Shown here piece after piece: positions 1 to 9,473 of a stretch of 64,000 bases of DNA. The notes beneath the pieces are model-generated. The model did not search any database, was not told where the DNA came from, and worked only from the letters and a program-made list of their open reading frames with translations. Source of the stretch: an uncultured Christensenella sp. Its GTDB lineage: Bacteria; Bacillota; Clostridia; Christensenellales; UBA1242. Made by a program: the position numbers and the translations under genes. Within the stretch, counting starts at the first letter, position 1; the number at the start of each line of letters is the position of its first letter. The stretch is from positions 9,556 through 73,555 of the forward strand of contig CASFHD010000001.1 in assembly GCA_949294455.1 (NCBI GenBank), given 5' to 3'.

Positions 1-131
1 CTATCTAATCTAAGTAGTCCGGTTTCCTTATCAAGTTCATATTTATTTTTGCTACCAGCAGGTATTTCAACAACTGCTGTAAATTTATCCCTAGACACAT
101 ACTTAGGGTTTAAATCGTGAAATATATTCAT
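1..131 (-). CDS. ppa: inorganic pyrophosphatase, N-terminal part (gene runs off left edge)
   Basis: Manual minus-strand translation from ATG at 131: MNIFHDLNPKYVSRDKFTAVVEIPAGSKNKYELDKETGLLRLDR. This matches the conserved family I PPase N-terminus (EIP.GS.NKYE.DKE.G). It is truncated, so it is absent from the ORF track. Confidence 0.8.
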   Translation of the reverse strand, partial: MNIFHDLNPKYVSRDKFTAVVEIPAGSKNKYELDKETGLLRLD

Positions 132-238
132 AAAATTTCTCCTTATATCAATAAATGATTTTAGTTTAACACATTTTTAATAATTTGTAAATGTTTTGTA
201 CTAGTCTATTTAAAAATGTACTAAATTTAATTAATGTT

Positions 239-1501
239 TTAAATAAAATTTTCATTTTGCACATCTTCTATTTTATTTTTATTAACTAAATCATATATTG
301 CTTTGATTAAAAGCGCAATTAAAATAAAATATTGTAAGATGCAAAACCTTATAATATAGAAAAATTGACAAAATAACGCAAAATATAAAATGTTGTAAAT
401 TATAAAATCTTTTTTCTTCAAATTTTTTATTTGTTTAAAGAATAATAAGAAAGGTATTAACATAAAACAAACAGAATAAGCGTAAGAAATCTCTTGAATA
501 AGAATGTAAGTAGTTATAATAATTATAAGAATTTCCATTTCTCTAGTTGTATTCCTATATTTAATTACCAAAATCAACGCTGTAATTATCAAACAAATTT
601 TAATAAACAAACTAATATATTTTGAAATGTTTAATAAATTCACATTTAGCAAATTGCCAATTTCAAGAAACATCAAATTTAAAACATTGGAAAATGAAAT
701 ATTAGTCAAACCATATTTGGATAAATGATTAGAATTAAATGAAAAGCAATTTTTAAAAAATTTAATGATATTATCAATAAAATTGCCATTTATAAATATA
801 AATGGCAAAAACACAAAGATAACAGTGTATATTGCAGTTTTTAATATAGATTTAAAATCTGATTTATTTAATAGATAAAGTGATAATATAACGGGATAAA
901 TTTTCATTGAAATAGATAATGCCAAAAACACTAATGACAATTCTTTTTTCCAACGCTTTTCACTATTGTAAAATTCATAAAATAATAAAGCAAACATAAA
1001 CGCTGTTATTATCACATTACCTCTAATAAATGTATAAATTATAGGGCCAGAAAGTACCAACATCAGAGTAATAATAACATTATGTATTTTGTTTGATTGG
1101 ATTAAATTGTAAAGAATAAATATTAGCAAAGAAAGTTGTAAAAAAGCAAATAAAGAATACGAAATTAAAAACATTTTGCTTGTAGCAAGGTCATTTAAAC
1201 ATATTTGATTTGAAATATACAAATTTATATCATCTTTACAAATCAAAGCGAAAGGATAATAGATTAAAAATGCAATAGGTGGATAAATAGTTGCCATTTC
1301 ACCTTCAGCAAAATATGTATTATCCATAATGCAATAAGATAATACTGCGGCAAAATCATCAAATACATTTTTTATATTTCCAACAGTAAATTTAAAAATC
1401 AATCCAAAAACTATAGATGATAATAACATTGCAATAAAAATGAAAAAAAGAGTTAGCGTTACATCTCTTTTTTTATCTTGATAAAATGTTTTAATCTCCA
1501 T
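239..1501 (-). CDS. polytopic membrane protein, probable GT-C-type glycosyltransferase (Gtr type-specific/DUF2029-like)
   Basis: 420 aa and about 10+ hydrophobic helices. It is the last gene of an operon with rfbF, gtrA-like and GT2 genes, separated from rfbF by only 3 nt. The family assignment comes from context only. Confidence 0.5.
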   Translation of the reverse strand: MEIKTFYQDKKRDVTLTLFFIFIAMLLSSIVFGLIFKFTVGNIKNVFDDFAAVLSYCIMDNTYFAEGEMATIYPPIAFLIYYPFALICKDDINLYISNQICLNDLATSKMFLISYSLFAFLQLSLLIFILYNLIQSNKIHNVIITLMLVLSGPIIYTFIRGNVIITAFMFALLFYEFYNSEKRWKKELSLVFLALSISMKIYPVILSLYLLNKSDFKSILKTAIYTVIFVFLPFIFINGNFIDNIIKFFKNCFSFNSNHLSKYGLTNISFSNVLNLMFLEIGNLLNVNLLNISKYISLFIKICLIITALILVIKYRNTTREMEILIIIITTYILIQEISYAYSVCFMLIPFLLFFKQIKNLKKKDFIIYNILYFALFCQFFYIIRFCILQYFILIALLIKAIYDLVNKNKIEDVQNENFI

Positions 1502-1504
1502 TAA

Positions 1505-2281
1505 TTATCTCCAGATTTTCCAAGGAGCATTGCCCTTATTCCAAATATCCTCTAAAGCGGTTTTATCTTTAAGTGTGTCCATAGGCTTCCAAAAACCTTT
1601 ATGCTTATATGCAAATAATTTACCATCTTTAGCAAGATTAGTCAAAGGTTCATCTTCAAATGGCATACTATCACTTGAAATATAATCTATACATTCTGGT
1701 TCACATACGAAATAACCTGCATTAATCCATTGATCAATATCTTTTGGTTTTTCCTTAAAAGAACGTATCTTTATATCTCCATCAAAATCTAAAAGTCCAA
1801 ATCTTTGTTCTGGCTTATAGGCAGTTAAAGTAACAGTCGCTCCGCTTTCTTTATGCTGTTTGATAACTTCATTTATATTAACATTAGAAACTCCATCGCC
1901 ATAAGTCAACAAAAATGTTTCGTTTCCAATAAAATCTTTAACTCGTTTTAGTCTGCCACCCGTCATAGTATTTAAACCTGTATCAACTACTGTAACTTTC
2001 CAATTTTCACAGTTATTACATCTTACTTTAATTATATCTGAACTATTGTAATCGTATGTAATATCACAAGAAGATAAGAAATAGTTATTAAAATATTGTT
2101 TAATAATTTCCTGTTTGTATCCACCTAAAATTATAAATTCATTATGTCCAAAACTAGAATAATATTTCATTATATGCCATAAAATTGGTTTGCCTCCAAT
2201 TTCTATCATAGGTTTAGGTTTATATACACTTTCTTCGCAAATTCTTGTACCAAAACCACCCGCAAATATAACAACTTTCAT
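1505..2281 (-). CDS. rfbF: glucose-1-phosphate cytidylyltransferase
   Basis: 258 aa. The N-terminus MKVVIFAGGFGTRICEES..KPKPMIEIGGKPILWHIMK is the RfbF signature (GG.GTR...KPKPM.EIGGKPILWHIM). Confidence 0.85.
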   Translation of the reverse strand: MKVVIFAGGFGTRICEESVYKPKPMIEIGGKPILWHIMKYYSSFGHNEFIILGGYKQEIIKQYFNNYFLSSCDITYDYNSSDIIKVRCNNCENWKVTVVDTGLNTMTGGRLKRVKDFIGNETFLLTYGDGVSNVNINEVIKQHKESGATVTLTAYKPEQRFGLLDFDGDIKIRSFKEKPKDIDQWINAGYFVCEPECIDYISSDSMPFEDEPLTNLAKDGKLFAYKHKGFWKPMDTLKDKTALEDIWNKGNAPWKIWR

Positions 2282-2321
2282 TTTTCCTCCCCAAATCGTA
2301 ATTTAAACACTTATTTTTTAA

Positions 2322-2885
2322 CTATTTCATAATATCTTTATTATTTTTATTTTCAAAATTCAAACTATCATTAATATTCATTTTATTAACTGTTTCTTTA
2401 TCAGAATCGTTAGTTGTATCAATATTATTTTTTACTTTTGCACATTTGCCAAAAACAAAATATCTTTGACCTACAAAACTAACTATAGTTGTACAAATTA
2501 CAGTTAATAACGCTATAATTATATCATTGAAATATGGCACTAATCTCAACAAATATTTTAACAAATAATCTAAACCAAAACTAAATAAATAAACACTAAC
2601 AAATTTTATCGTTTCAATTTTGCTTTTTTTGACAGATTCAAAAGTAAAATATTTATTCCAAAAATAACTGTGTAACACTCCAATGCATTGACTAATAATT
2701 GTCGCAATTAAGATTGGCAGATAACCATCGTAATGTTTAGTAATATTAATTCCAAACATTAATAAAATTAACCAATATGAACCAAGACCAACAATAGTAT
2801 TTAAACCACCAACCATTAAAAACTTTAATCTATAATCAAATTTCTTGAAAAAATTATAAAGTTTCTTTATCATCATCTTCCTCAA
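2322..2885 (-). CDS. GtrA-family membrane protein (polyprenol-sugar flippase-like)
   Basis: 187 aa with 4 TM helices. It has the LKFLMVGGLNTIVG N-terminal motif typical of the GtrA family and overlaps the upstream GT2 gene. Confidence 0.7.
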   Translation of the reverse strand: MRKMMIKKLYNFFKKFDYRLKFLMVGGLNTIVGLGSYWLILLMFGINITKHYDGYLPILIATIISQCIGVLHSYFWNKYFTFESVKKSKIETIKFVSVYLFSFGLDYLLKYLLRLVPYFNDIIIALLTVICTTIVSFVGQRYFVFGKCAKVKNNIDTTNDSDKETVNKMNINDSLNFENKNNKDIMK

Positions 2886-3816
2886 AATTTAATCGTTCTT
2901 GTTCAATAACAAGAGGTCTATGTAATAACCTAACATTCATATTCACAATGTATTCGCCTAAAATACCTATAAAAAACATATTTATAAAGACGATAAACAA
3001 AATTAAATTAGTACAAACAAATGTTGGCTGAATATTAAATATTGGAGTCAATATAGACATAACTATTAAAGATATAAATGATAATCCTGAAAACAACCCG
3101 CCAAAGATTGTCGCCAATCTAGGCAATTTTTTTGTATAGGTAGTAAATGAAAGCATTGCAGCATCATAAAGCGTTCTAAAATTATTTTTAGTTTTACCAG
3201 CCACTCTTTTTTGCTGAGTATATTCAATAGTAGCTAAATCACCGCAAAATTCTGCCACAAGTCCGCGTATAAAAGGAGTTGGATCATCTATCTTTTTCAA
3301 AATTTCAATAAAACTGTTATCGTATAATGCAAAACCTGTAAAATGTTCAATTTGCTTTATTGTACTCATCTTTTTTATCATTTTATAGTAAATCGTTCGC
3401 AAAAATCTCATAATTTTATTTTCTTTGCTTTTTGATTTTATTCCAGCGACAACTTGATGACCTTCTTTCCATTTCAAAACAAATTGTTTTATCATTTCAA
3501 CAGGGTCCTGAAAATCTGCACACATTGTTATAGTGCAATTACTTCCTCCACCTATGTCATTTTGAAGAAGAGCATAAAAAGGAGAATTAAATTGTCCAAA
3601 ATTTTTAGCATTAAAAGTTGCCTTAATTTTTTTGTTTTGTTTGCAAAGCCCTCTTATAAGTTCTCTCGTTCTGTCTGTACTCTTATTATCTATAAAATGA
3701 ATAAAATAATCATATTCAGGCAATTCAGTTTCAAAATGTTTAATAATAGCATTGGCAATATTTACAACATTGCCTTCTTCATTAAATGTAGGTATAACAA
3801 CTCTAATTCTATTCAT
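2854..3816 (-). CDS. GT2 polyprenol-phosphate glycosyltransferase (GtrB/CsbB/DPM1-like)
   Basis: 320 aa. It shows VVIPTFNEE..., a D.S.D motif (IDNKSTDRT) and two C-terminal TM helices, the classic GtrB architecture. Confidence 0.8.
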   Translation of the reverse strand: MNRIRVVIPTFNEEGNVVNIANAIIKHFETELPEYDYFIHFIDNKSTDRTRELIRGLCKQNKKIKATFNAKNFGQFNSPFYALLQNDIGGGSNCTITMCADFQDPVEMIKQFVLKWKEGHQVVAGIKSKSKENKIMRFLRTIYYKMIKKMSTIKQIEHFTGFALYDNSFIEILKKIDDPTPFIRGLVAEFCGDLATIEYTQQKRVAGKTKNNFRTLYDAAMLSFTTYTKKLPRLATIFGGLFSGLSFISLIVMSILTPIFNIQPTFVCTNLILFIVFINMFFIGILGEYIVNMNVRLLHRPLVIEQERLNFEEDDDKETL

Positions 3817-4163
3817 AATTCACCAACAATATTAGAAATAGCATACAAAAACAGACAAAAGATGTCAATAAAATTTTATAAAATATAATAAAATTATTAA
3901 ACATTACAAATTTTTAAATGTATAAAAGTAAATTTAATTTTTAAAAATATGCAAACAAAAATTTTAATATTGTAAGATAAACAAATTTTATAAAAAATTG
4001 ATTTAAACAAATTTAACAAAAATTAAATAAAATTTAATAAAAATCTAAGTAAAATTCAAAAATTAAGAGATAAAATGAAGAAATAATAAATATTTGATAA
4101 AATTTAATTAATTTTTTAAGGTTATAGAATTTATAAAAAAATAATAAAATAAACTACAAATTG

Positions 4164-4192
4164 TTGACAAAATGAAATTGATTTGATAGAAT
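4164..4192 (+). promoter_or_regulatory. sigma70-type promoter for tRNA-Ser(GCU)
   Basis: TTGACA (4164-4169), a 17-nt spacer, then TAGAAT (4187-4192), about 16 nt upstream of the tRNA. Confidence 0.5.
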
Positions 4193-4208
4193 GCAAAAGT
4201 GATTAAAT

Positions 4209-4299
4209 GGAGATGTACTCAAGTGGCTGAAGAGGCGTCCCTGCTAAGGATGTAGGCGTAGCAATGCGCGCGAGGGTTCAAATCCCTCCATCTCCGCCA
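4209..4299 (+). tRNA. tRNA-Ser(GCU)
   Basis: Hand fold gives acceptor ggagatg/catctcc and anticodon stem cgtcc/ggatg with loop ctGCTaa. It has a long variable arm, T-arm gaggg-ttcaaat-ccctc and an encoded CCA. Confidence 0.9.
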
Positions 4300-4308
4300 T
4301 GAACTTGT

Positions 4309-4343
4309 CCATCCGTACCAATTCTGGTACGGGTGGTTTTTTT
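4309..4343 (+). terminator. rho-independent terminator after tRNA-Ser(GCU)
   Basis: Stem ccatccgtacca/tggtacgggtgg followed by T7. Confidence 0.7.
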
Positions 4344-4369
4344 ATAGAAAAAAAGTGGTAATTAATTAT

Positions 4370-4675
4370 ACCACTACGATTTTTATTGTTCTCTTTTTGA
4401 AGTACTGCAAAATATTCTTTTGAGTAGAATATTGATAGGTCTATGTTTTTATTTATTTCTTGTTCGGTTAATAGTTTTTGTTTTTCCTTTTCTAAATCAA
4501 AGTTGTCTATAATGTTTGTTATTGCACTTTGTGTATAGTTTAAATCGGTAAAGTTATAAAAGATAACTATTGCATCGTTATAAAGAATAATTGATTAAAT
4601 AACACTTTTTCTACATGCTTTTTAACTTCATAATTTTTAATATTGCCACAAATAATTTTTTTAAAATATTTCATA
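4370..4675 (-). pseudogene. frameshifted remnant ORF of unknown function
   Basis: The minus strand from ATG 4675 reads MKYFKKIICGNIKNYEVKKHVEKVLFNQLFFITMQ*. It continues in another frame (YNDAIVIFYNFTDLNYTQSAITNIIDNFDLEKEKQKLL...) with no stop before the tRNA terminator. Confidence 0.25.
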
Positions 4676-4950
4676 ACCATATATTATGTTAGGAATGATA
4701 AAATTCCCCAACAAAAAAGATATTAACTTAAACTTAATGAATGGAAGTTTGTTTAAATAATAAGGAAATTATTAAGAATAATCTTTTTACTTTATAAAAA
4801 TTTTATTTAATAATTATGAATGTTGAAATGAAAGATACCTTATCCTATAATTCAACCTAGAAGTGATTGACTAAATAAGAAAAGCACCTCATATTCTATC
4901 TGGGTTGTTTTTCGCCCACGCAATATGATATAATATAAAAGAGGGGGAAA

Positions 4951-5208
4951 ATGGAAAATAAAAAAGTTATTATAATTTACATACTAAAATTATTTGAAAA
5001 TTTTTTTGATGAGACTTTACCAATGACACAAACTACAATTGCAAAAGTTTTAGGAAGATTTGGAATTGAATGTGATAGAAAAACTGTTGGTAGAAACATT
5101 AAATATTTAACTCAAATAGGTTGTCCAATAAAGAAAAATAAAACTGGTGGTTATTATTTTGATAAAAAAGTAAGTTGGAATTTATGGGTTGCAAAAATCA
5201 GAATATAA
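4951..5208 (+). CDS. winged-HTH protein resembling the N-terminal domain of WYL-type regulators (WYL part missing)
   Basis: 85 aa with a strong RBS (agaggggga). The pattern ILKLF..DE..PMTQTTIAKVL...GIECDRKTVGRNIKYL...GCPI resembles BrxR/CapW-like wHTH domains. It ends shortly after GGYYFDKK, where such proteins normally continue. Confidence 0.5.
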   Translation: MENKKVIIIYILKLFENFFDETLPMTQTTIAKVLGRFGIECDRKTVGRNIKYLTQIGCPIKKNKTGGYYFDKKVSWNLWVAKIRI

Positions 5209-5268
5209 AAAAATTTGTAGCGCTTTTAAAACAAAACAATTTAAAGATTTTAACAAAGGAGAATGATT

Positions 5269-6321
5269 ATGTTAGATAAAGAAAGAGAACTCGAGGTTTG
5301 GGCAAATTTAATTTACATTTACGCAAAAGAAAAACTTGAAAACGATTCGGTGGCAACAAGATGGATTTTTGATAGGGCTACCCACGATGAGTGGGTCCTT
5401 TCTTTGTTTCCAAAACATTTGGCAAGCGAAAAGGCATACAATCAATTTTTTGAGTTAACAGGTAAGGACATTAGAGATTTTGATTGGAATAGTTTGGTTA
5501 GGACAAAGTCAGGAGAAAAAATAGTTGTTCATCAATACTTTATTGACGAGCATTTGACAACTGCCTATGATTTCAAAAATGAAATCCTTTGGCTTTATAA
5601 AAATAAAGAACTAACTGTTGAAAAAATAAAAAAATTGATATCTATCCAAAGACTTTGTTGGATAACCAAGGAAGAAAATTCTATGCTTTCTAAAAAGGGA
5701 TATATAAAACATAGAAGTGATCCACTTAAAGCATATAAAAATTGTGACATTAGTATCTATGATGCCGAAAATGAAAATTTAGAGGATATTATGAAACCTA
5801 CTTTTAATAGAAATAATTTTATTAACATTGATAATAAAGAGCAAAAAGATTTTTCCATACATGACAATATAAACAAACTCAAAGAATATTATGAAAAAAA
5901 ACTTATTAATGGCAAAAAGTATACCTTAAGATTTTATCCAAATGAGGCTTATGCTTGGATATATAATCAAAGAGGTTTTATGATAAATATTAGAATAAAA
6001 AGTGGTATGTTAAAAGATATTTCGTTATTTTTATATGGACCAAAAGCAAAAAATAGATTTGCAAGACTGTTACTTTACAAAAATAAAATTGAGAGTATGT
6101 TAGGATATGAATTAGTATGGGACAAAAATGAGAATAAAAAAGCAAGTAGAATTGGAAGATTTTTCAAGGATGCAGATTTAAGCTCAGAAATAGAATTAGA
6201 AAATAAATATAAATGTTTTAATTTTAATGTATATTCTGAAAATTATATTAAACAAACAGCAAAAGAAATGGCAAAATTTTACGATGTATTTATTCCATTT
6301 ATAGAAATAATAGATGATTAA
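5269..6321 (+). CDS. hypothetical protein with C-terminal DUF4268-like region and possible His-Me-finger-like N-terminal motif
   Basis: Start moved to the second ATG (AGGAG 7 nt upstream). The C-terminus ...IESMLGYELVWDKNENKKASRIGRF... resembles DUF4268. The N-terminal half has IDEH...(35 aa)...CWITKEEN. Both assignments are weak. Confidence 0.45.
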   Translation: MLDKERELEVWANLIYIYAKEKLENDSVATRWIFDRATHDEWVLSLFPKHLASEKAYNQFFELTGKDIRDFDWNSLVRTKSGEKIVVHQYFIDEHLTTAYDFKNEILWLYKNKELTVEKIKKLISIQRLCWITKEENSMLSKKGYIKHRSDPLKAYKNCDISIYDAENENLEDIMKPTFNRNNFINIDNKEQKDFSIHDNINKLKEYYEKKLINGKKYTLRFYPNEAYAWIYNQRGFMINIRIKSGMLKDISLFLYGPKAKNRFARLLLYKNKIESMLGYELVWDKNENKKASRIGRFFKDADLSSEIELENKYKCFNFNVYSENYIKQTAKEMAKFYDVFIPFIEIIDD

Positions 6322-6774
6322 TTTGTTCTAATAAATTTAGGTTAATTTAAGTTTTAATATAAATAAACCTACAAAGGGAGTTTAGAATTTAACTAAATAA
6401 ATAACAATATTAACAACATTATAGTAAAAATAAAAAAAGTGCAAAGCAAAGAGAGTTTACCCTTGCCCACCTTTGATTATATAAGCCGTTTGTAGTTTAG
6501 TCAAAGTATGTTTTGTTACTTTTTGTCCATTATATCTATATCAAATTTATTACAATCTTTATATTTTAGGTTTAACACAGGAAGCACTATCTGAAAAATA
6601 ATGTTATTCATTAGAATACATAAGTAGATTAAATTCAAAATTAATAGATTTCTTTTATTCTATGATGAATCTACCTGATTTCGTTATATAAATATATATG
6701 ATATGCTTGAATAAATGATATTAATGATATATAAAAGATGTATATAATTATATGTCTTTACATTTGTGCGGTAC

Positions 6775-6799
6775 GGTTCTAAAGTTAAGCGCTCCGCCA
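6775..6799 (+). other. tRNA 3'-end-like remnant (possible old att site)
   Basis: ggttctaaagttaagcgctccgcca has the same 25-nt GGTTC-to-CCA spacing as both tRNA-Ser genes. It matches 18/25 to tRNA-Ser(UGA) and 15/25 to tRNA-Ser(GCU), with an identical ctccgcca end. No T-stem pairing is left. Confidence 0.3.
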
Positions 6800-6803
6800 A
6801 ATG

Positions 6804-6842
6804 AAACTGATAAGAACATATTTTGTTTTTATCAGTTTTTTT
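6804..6842 (+). terminator. rho-independent terminator with no upstream gene (orphan)
   Basis: Perfect 10-bp stem aaactgataa/ttatcagttt followed by a T-run. Confidence 0.5.
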
Positions 6843-7323
6843 AATCTACTTTTGTTGGTATATTTAATCTTTATATTTATGATTTGAAGATTTTTTTATC
6901 TCATTTCCTTTTTTGTTTTAATAATTATATTTTTATTTATAAAATAGATATCAATTTATATTGTTTTAATTACTCTTACCTTTTTTACTTTACAATTGAT
7001 TAATTTGCTTTATTTTTTAATTAAATTTTTAAAAATTTAACTATAAACGCTCAACAATATTAATACATGTTTATAGAAAAAAAGTTTAATTTTTAATGAT
7101 AAAATAGTTGTTAATGTATGTTTTTAAATAAATACAAGAATAAATTGAAAATATTTTTAATACATCATCTTTTATTAATAATATTTATATCGTTAGAATT
7201 TGAACTATATATAATATTTAAAAGCTTCACAATAACAAATTAATGATAATTTTCACAAATATTTATTGCAATATATAATTTATTAAAATAGTGAAATGCA
7301 ATAAATTATATTTTAAAAAGTGA

Positions 7324-7352
7324 TTGACTTTTATTAACAAATTGTTTATTAT
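7324..7352 (+). promoter_or_regulatory. promoter of glyQS leader
   Basis: TTGACT (7324-7329), a 17-nt spacer, then TATTAT (7347-7352). Confidence 0.5.
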
Positions 7353-7359
7353 TAAGTAA

Positions 7360-7505
7360 TCCTATAAATAGTGTGGCGAACTATTTGGAGATAGTAAAAT
7401 GCTATCCGTTAACTTTGCGTAAAAAAGAAAAGAGTGGATTTATTCAATTAGGGTGGAACCGCGGTAAAAATATCGTCCCTAGCATTAGTTTAGGGATTTT
7501 TTGTA
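7360..7505 (+). promoter_or_regulatory. T-box riboswitch (glycine specifier)
   Basis: Conserved T-box sequence aattAGGGTGGAACCGCGg at 7446-7464. An AGAGA/AGTA-like ggagatagtaaa lies in stem I and the candidate specifier GGC is at 7375-7377. A terminator (tcccta...taggga + T6, 7477-7502) follows, directly upstream of glyQS. Confidence 0.8.
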
Positions 7506-7541
7506 TCCTAAATTAATAATTTTAATTAATAAGGAGTAAAT

Positions 7542-8909
7542 ATGGTAGATAATTTAGATAAAATAGTGAATTTATGTAAAACTAGAGGACTTATTTTCCC
7601 AGGCAGTGAAATTTATGACGGATTTGCAAACACTTGGGATTATGGTCCTGTTGGAATATCACTTAGAAATAATTTAAAGAACTTATGGTGGAAAAAACTT
7701 GTACAAACACGACCTAATAGTTATGGAATAGATGCAAGTATTTTAATGAATCCAAAAGTTTGGGAAGCATCAGGCCACGTAAAATCATTTTCCGACCCAA
7801 AAATTGATTGTAAAAATTGTAAAAACAGACAACGAGCAGACCACTTAATAGAAAAATTTGATAAAACTGGAACTGTAATTCCTGACAATATGACTAACGA
7901 AGAAATGGACGCATATATTGCAGAGCATAAAATAAAATGTCCAGTATGCGGAAAATTTGATTGGACAAATGTAAGGCAATTCAAACTTATGTTTGAAACT
8001 TCAAGGGGTACAGTTGAAGGCGAAAAAGATATAGTATATTTGAGACCTGAAACCTGTCAGGGAGAATATATAAACTTTTTAAATGTTCAAAGAAGTATGC
8101 GAACAAAAATTCCTTTTGGAATTGCACAAATTGGTAAATCTTTTAGAAACGAAATAACTCCAGGAAACTTTATATTTAGATGTATTGAATTTGAACAAAT
8201 GGAATATCAATGGTTTTGTCACCCAAATGATAGTGAAAAATATTATAATGAATTCAAAAACATTGCTTGGGATTTTGCAAAAGAATGCGGAATTAAAGAA
8301 GAAAATATGAGATTTCACGATCATGACAAACTCGCTTTTTACGCAAAATCAGCATGCGATTTACAAGTAAAGTTTCCTATTGGTTGGCAAGAGTTAAACG
8401 GTGTACACAATAGGTCTGACTACGATTTAACACAACACTCAAAATATTCTGGCAAGCCGTTGAATTATTTAGACCCATATACAAACGAAAGGTATGTTCC
8501 TTATATAATTGAATATTCTATGAGTCCAGAACGCTTAATGTTAGCAGTTTTATGCGAAGCGTATGATGAAGAAAATTTACCAAATGGTGATACAAGAATA
8601 GTTTTACATTTTGAACCAAAAATAGCACCATACAAAGTAGCTATTTTGCCGTTACAAAAAAATTTAAGCGAAAAAGCAACAGAAATTTATGGAAATTTAT
8701 GTAATGAATTTATGTGCGATTATGATGAAGCAGGAAGCATTGGTAAAAGATATAGACGACAAGATGAAATAGGTACACCTTTCTGCGTTACAATCGACTT
8801 TGAGACATTAGAAAACCATACTGTTACAATTCGAGATAGAGACAGTATGGAACAAATAAGAATAAACATTGATGACCTTACAAATTACATTAATGAAAAA
8901 GTTAAATAA
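7542..8909 (+). CDS. glyQS: glycine--tRNA ligase (alpha2 type)
   Basis: 455 aa. The N-terminus ...CKTRGLIFPGSEIYDGFANTWDYGPVG..LRNNLK..WW and the class II motifs are characteristic of GlyQS. Confidence 0.95.
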   Translation: MVDNLDKIVNLCKTRGLIFPGSEIYDGFANTWDYGPVGISLRNNLKNLWWKKLVQTRPNSYGIDASILMNPKVWEASGHVKSFSDPKIDCKNCKNRQRADHLIEKFDKTGTVIPDNMTNEEMDAYIAEHKIKCPVCGKFDWTNVRQFKLMFETSRGTVEGEKDIVYLRPETCQGEYINFLNVQRSMRTKIPFGIAQIGKSFRNEITPGNFIFRCIEFEQMEYQWFCHPNDSEKYYNEFKNIAWDFAKECGIKEENMRFHDHDKLAFYAKSACDLQVKFPIGWQELNGVHNRSDYDLTQHSKYSGKPLNYLDPYTNERYVPYIIEYSMSPERLMLAVLCEAYDEENLPNGDTRIVLHFEPKIAPYKVAILPLQKNLSEKATEIYGNLCNEFMCDYDEAGSIGKRYRRQDEIGTPFCVTIDFETLENHTVTIRDRDSMEQIRINIDDLTNYINEKVK

Positions 8910-8916
8910 TAAAAAT

Positions 8917-8941
8917 CCACGGGTAAACCCCGTGGTTTTTC
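8917..8941 (+). terminator. glyQS terminator hairpin; same CCACGGG/CCCGTGG stem as the IS-associated repeats
   Basis: ccacgggtaaaccccgtgg followed by T5. Confidence 0.6.
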
Positions 8942-9011
8942 AATTTAGGGTAAAACCCTTTGTTCTAGCAACGCGTAAATCGCGTAGTCTACTTTTGCGA
9001 ATCGCGAATCA

Positions 9012-9467
9012 CTATTTTTTCTTAAATGGGTCTATTAACTCCGCCATTGTCATTTGTTCTATTCGCTTATCTTCTTTTAATTGATTCGCGATATACTCTT
9101 TTATTCTCTTTGTGTTCTTTCCTACTGTGTCTACATAATAGCCTGTACACCAAAATTCGCGATGTCTGTATTTTAACATTAAATTTGTATACCTTTGATA
9201 GATTAATACTGTACTTTTACCTTTCAAGTACCCCATAAAACCAGACACGCTCATTTTGGGCGGTATTTCTACTAGCATATGCACATGGTCTAAACATACT
9301 TCAGCCTCCAGTATATTTACTTTTTTCCATTCGCACAAACTCCTTAGAATTGCACCTATCTCTAACCTCTTCTCTCCATAAAATACCTTCCTTCTATATT
9401 TTGGGGCAAATACTATATGATACTTGCAATTCCACGTCGTATGTGCTAAACTATGATTGTCTTTCAT
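9012..9467 (-). CDS. tnpA: IS200-like Y1 (HUH) transposase
   Basis: 152 aa from MKDNHSLAHTTWNCKYHIVFAPKYRRKVF... with the HUH motif (DHVHMLV) and a C-terminal Y (GYYVDTVG). Start moved to ATG 9467 behind AGGAGG. Confidence 0.85.
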   Translation of the reverse strand: MKDNHSLAHTTWNCKYHIVFAPKYRRKVFYGEKRLEIGAILRSLCEWKKVNILEAEVCLDHVHMLVEIPPKMSVSGFMGYLKGKSTVLIYQRYTNLMLKYRHREFWCTGYYVDTVGKNTKRIKEYIANQLKEDKRIEQMTMAELIDPFKKK

Positions 9468-9473
9468 GACATA

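Noticed and set aside
3454-3888. 144-aa plus-strand ORF
   Set aside because: It lies antisense inside the well-supported GT2 gene, with no SD and a low-complexity composition.
6760-6803. PreQ1/ZTP-like riboswitch in the GC-richer patch before the orphan terminator
   Set aside because: The conserved cores of those classes are absent. The patch is better explained as a degenerate tRNA 3' end.
8869-9238. Plus-strand ORFs 8869-9084 and 9026-9238
   Set aside because: They overlap the glyQS terminator and IS end, and are antisense to tnpA.
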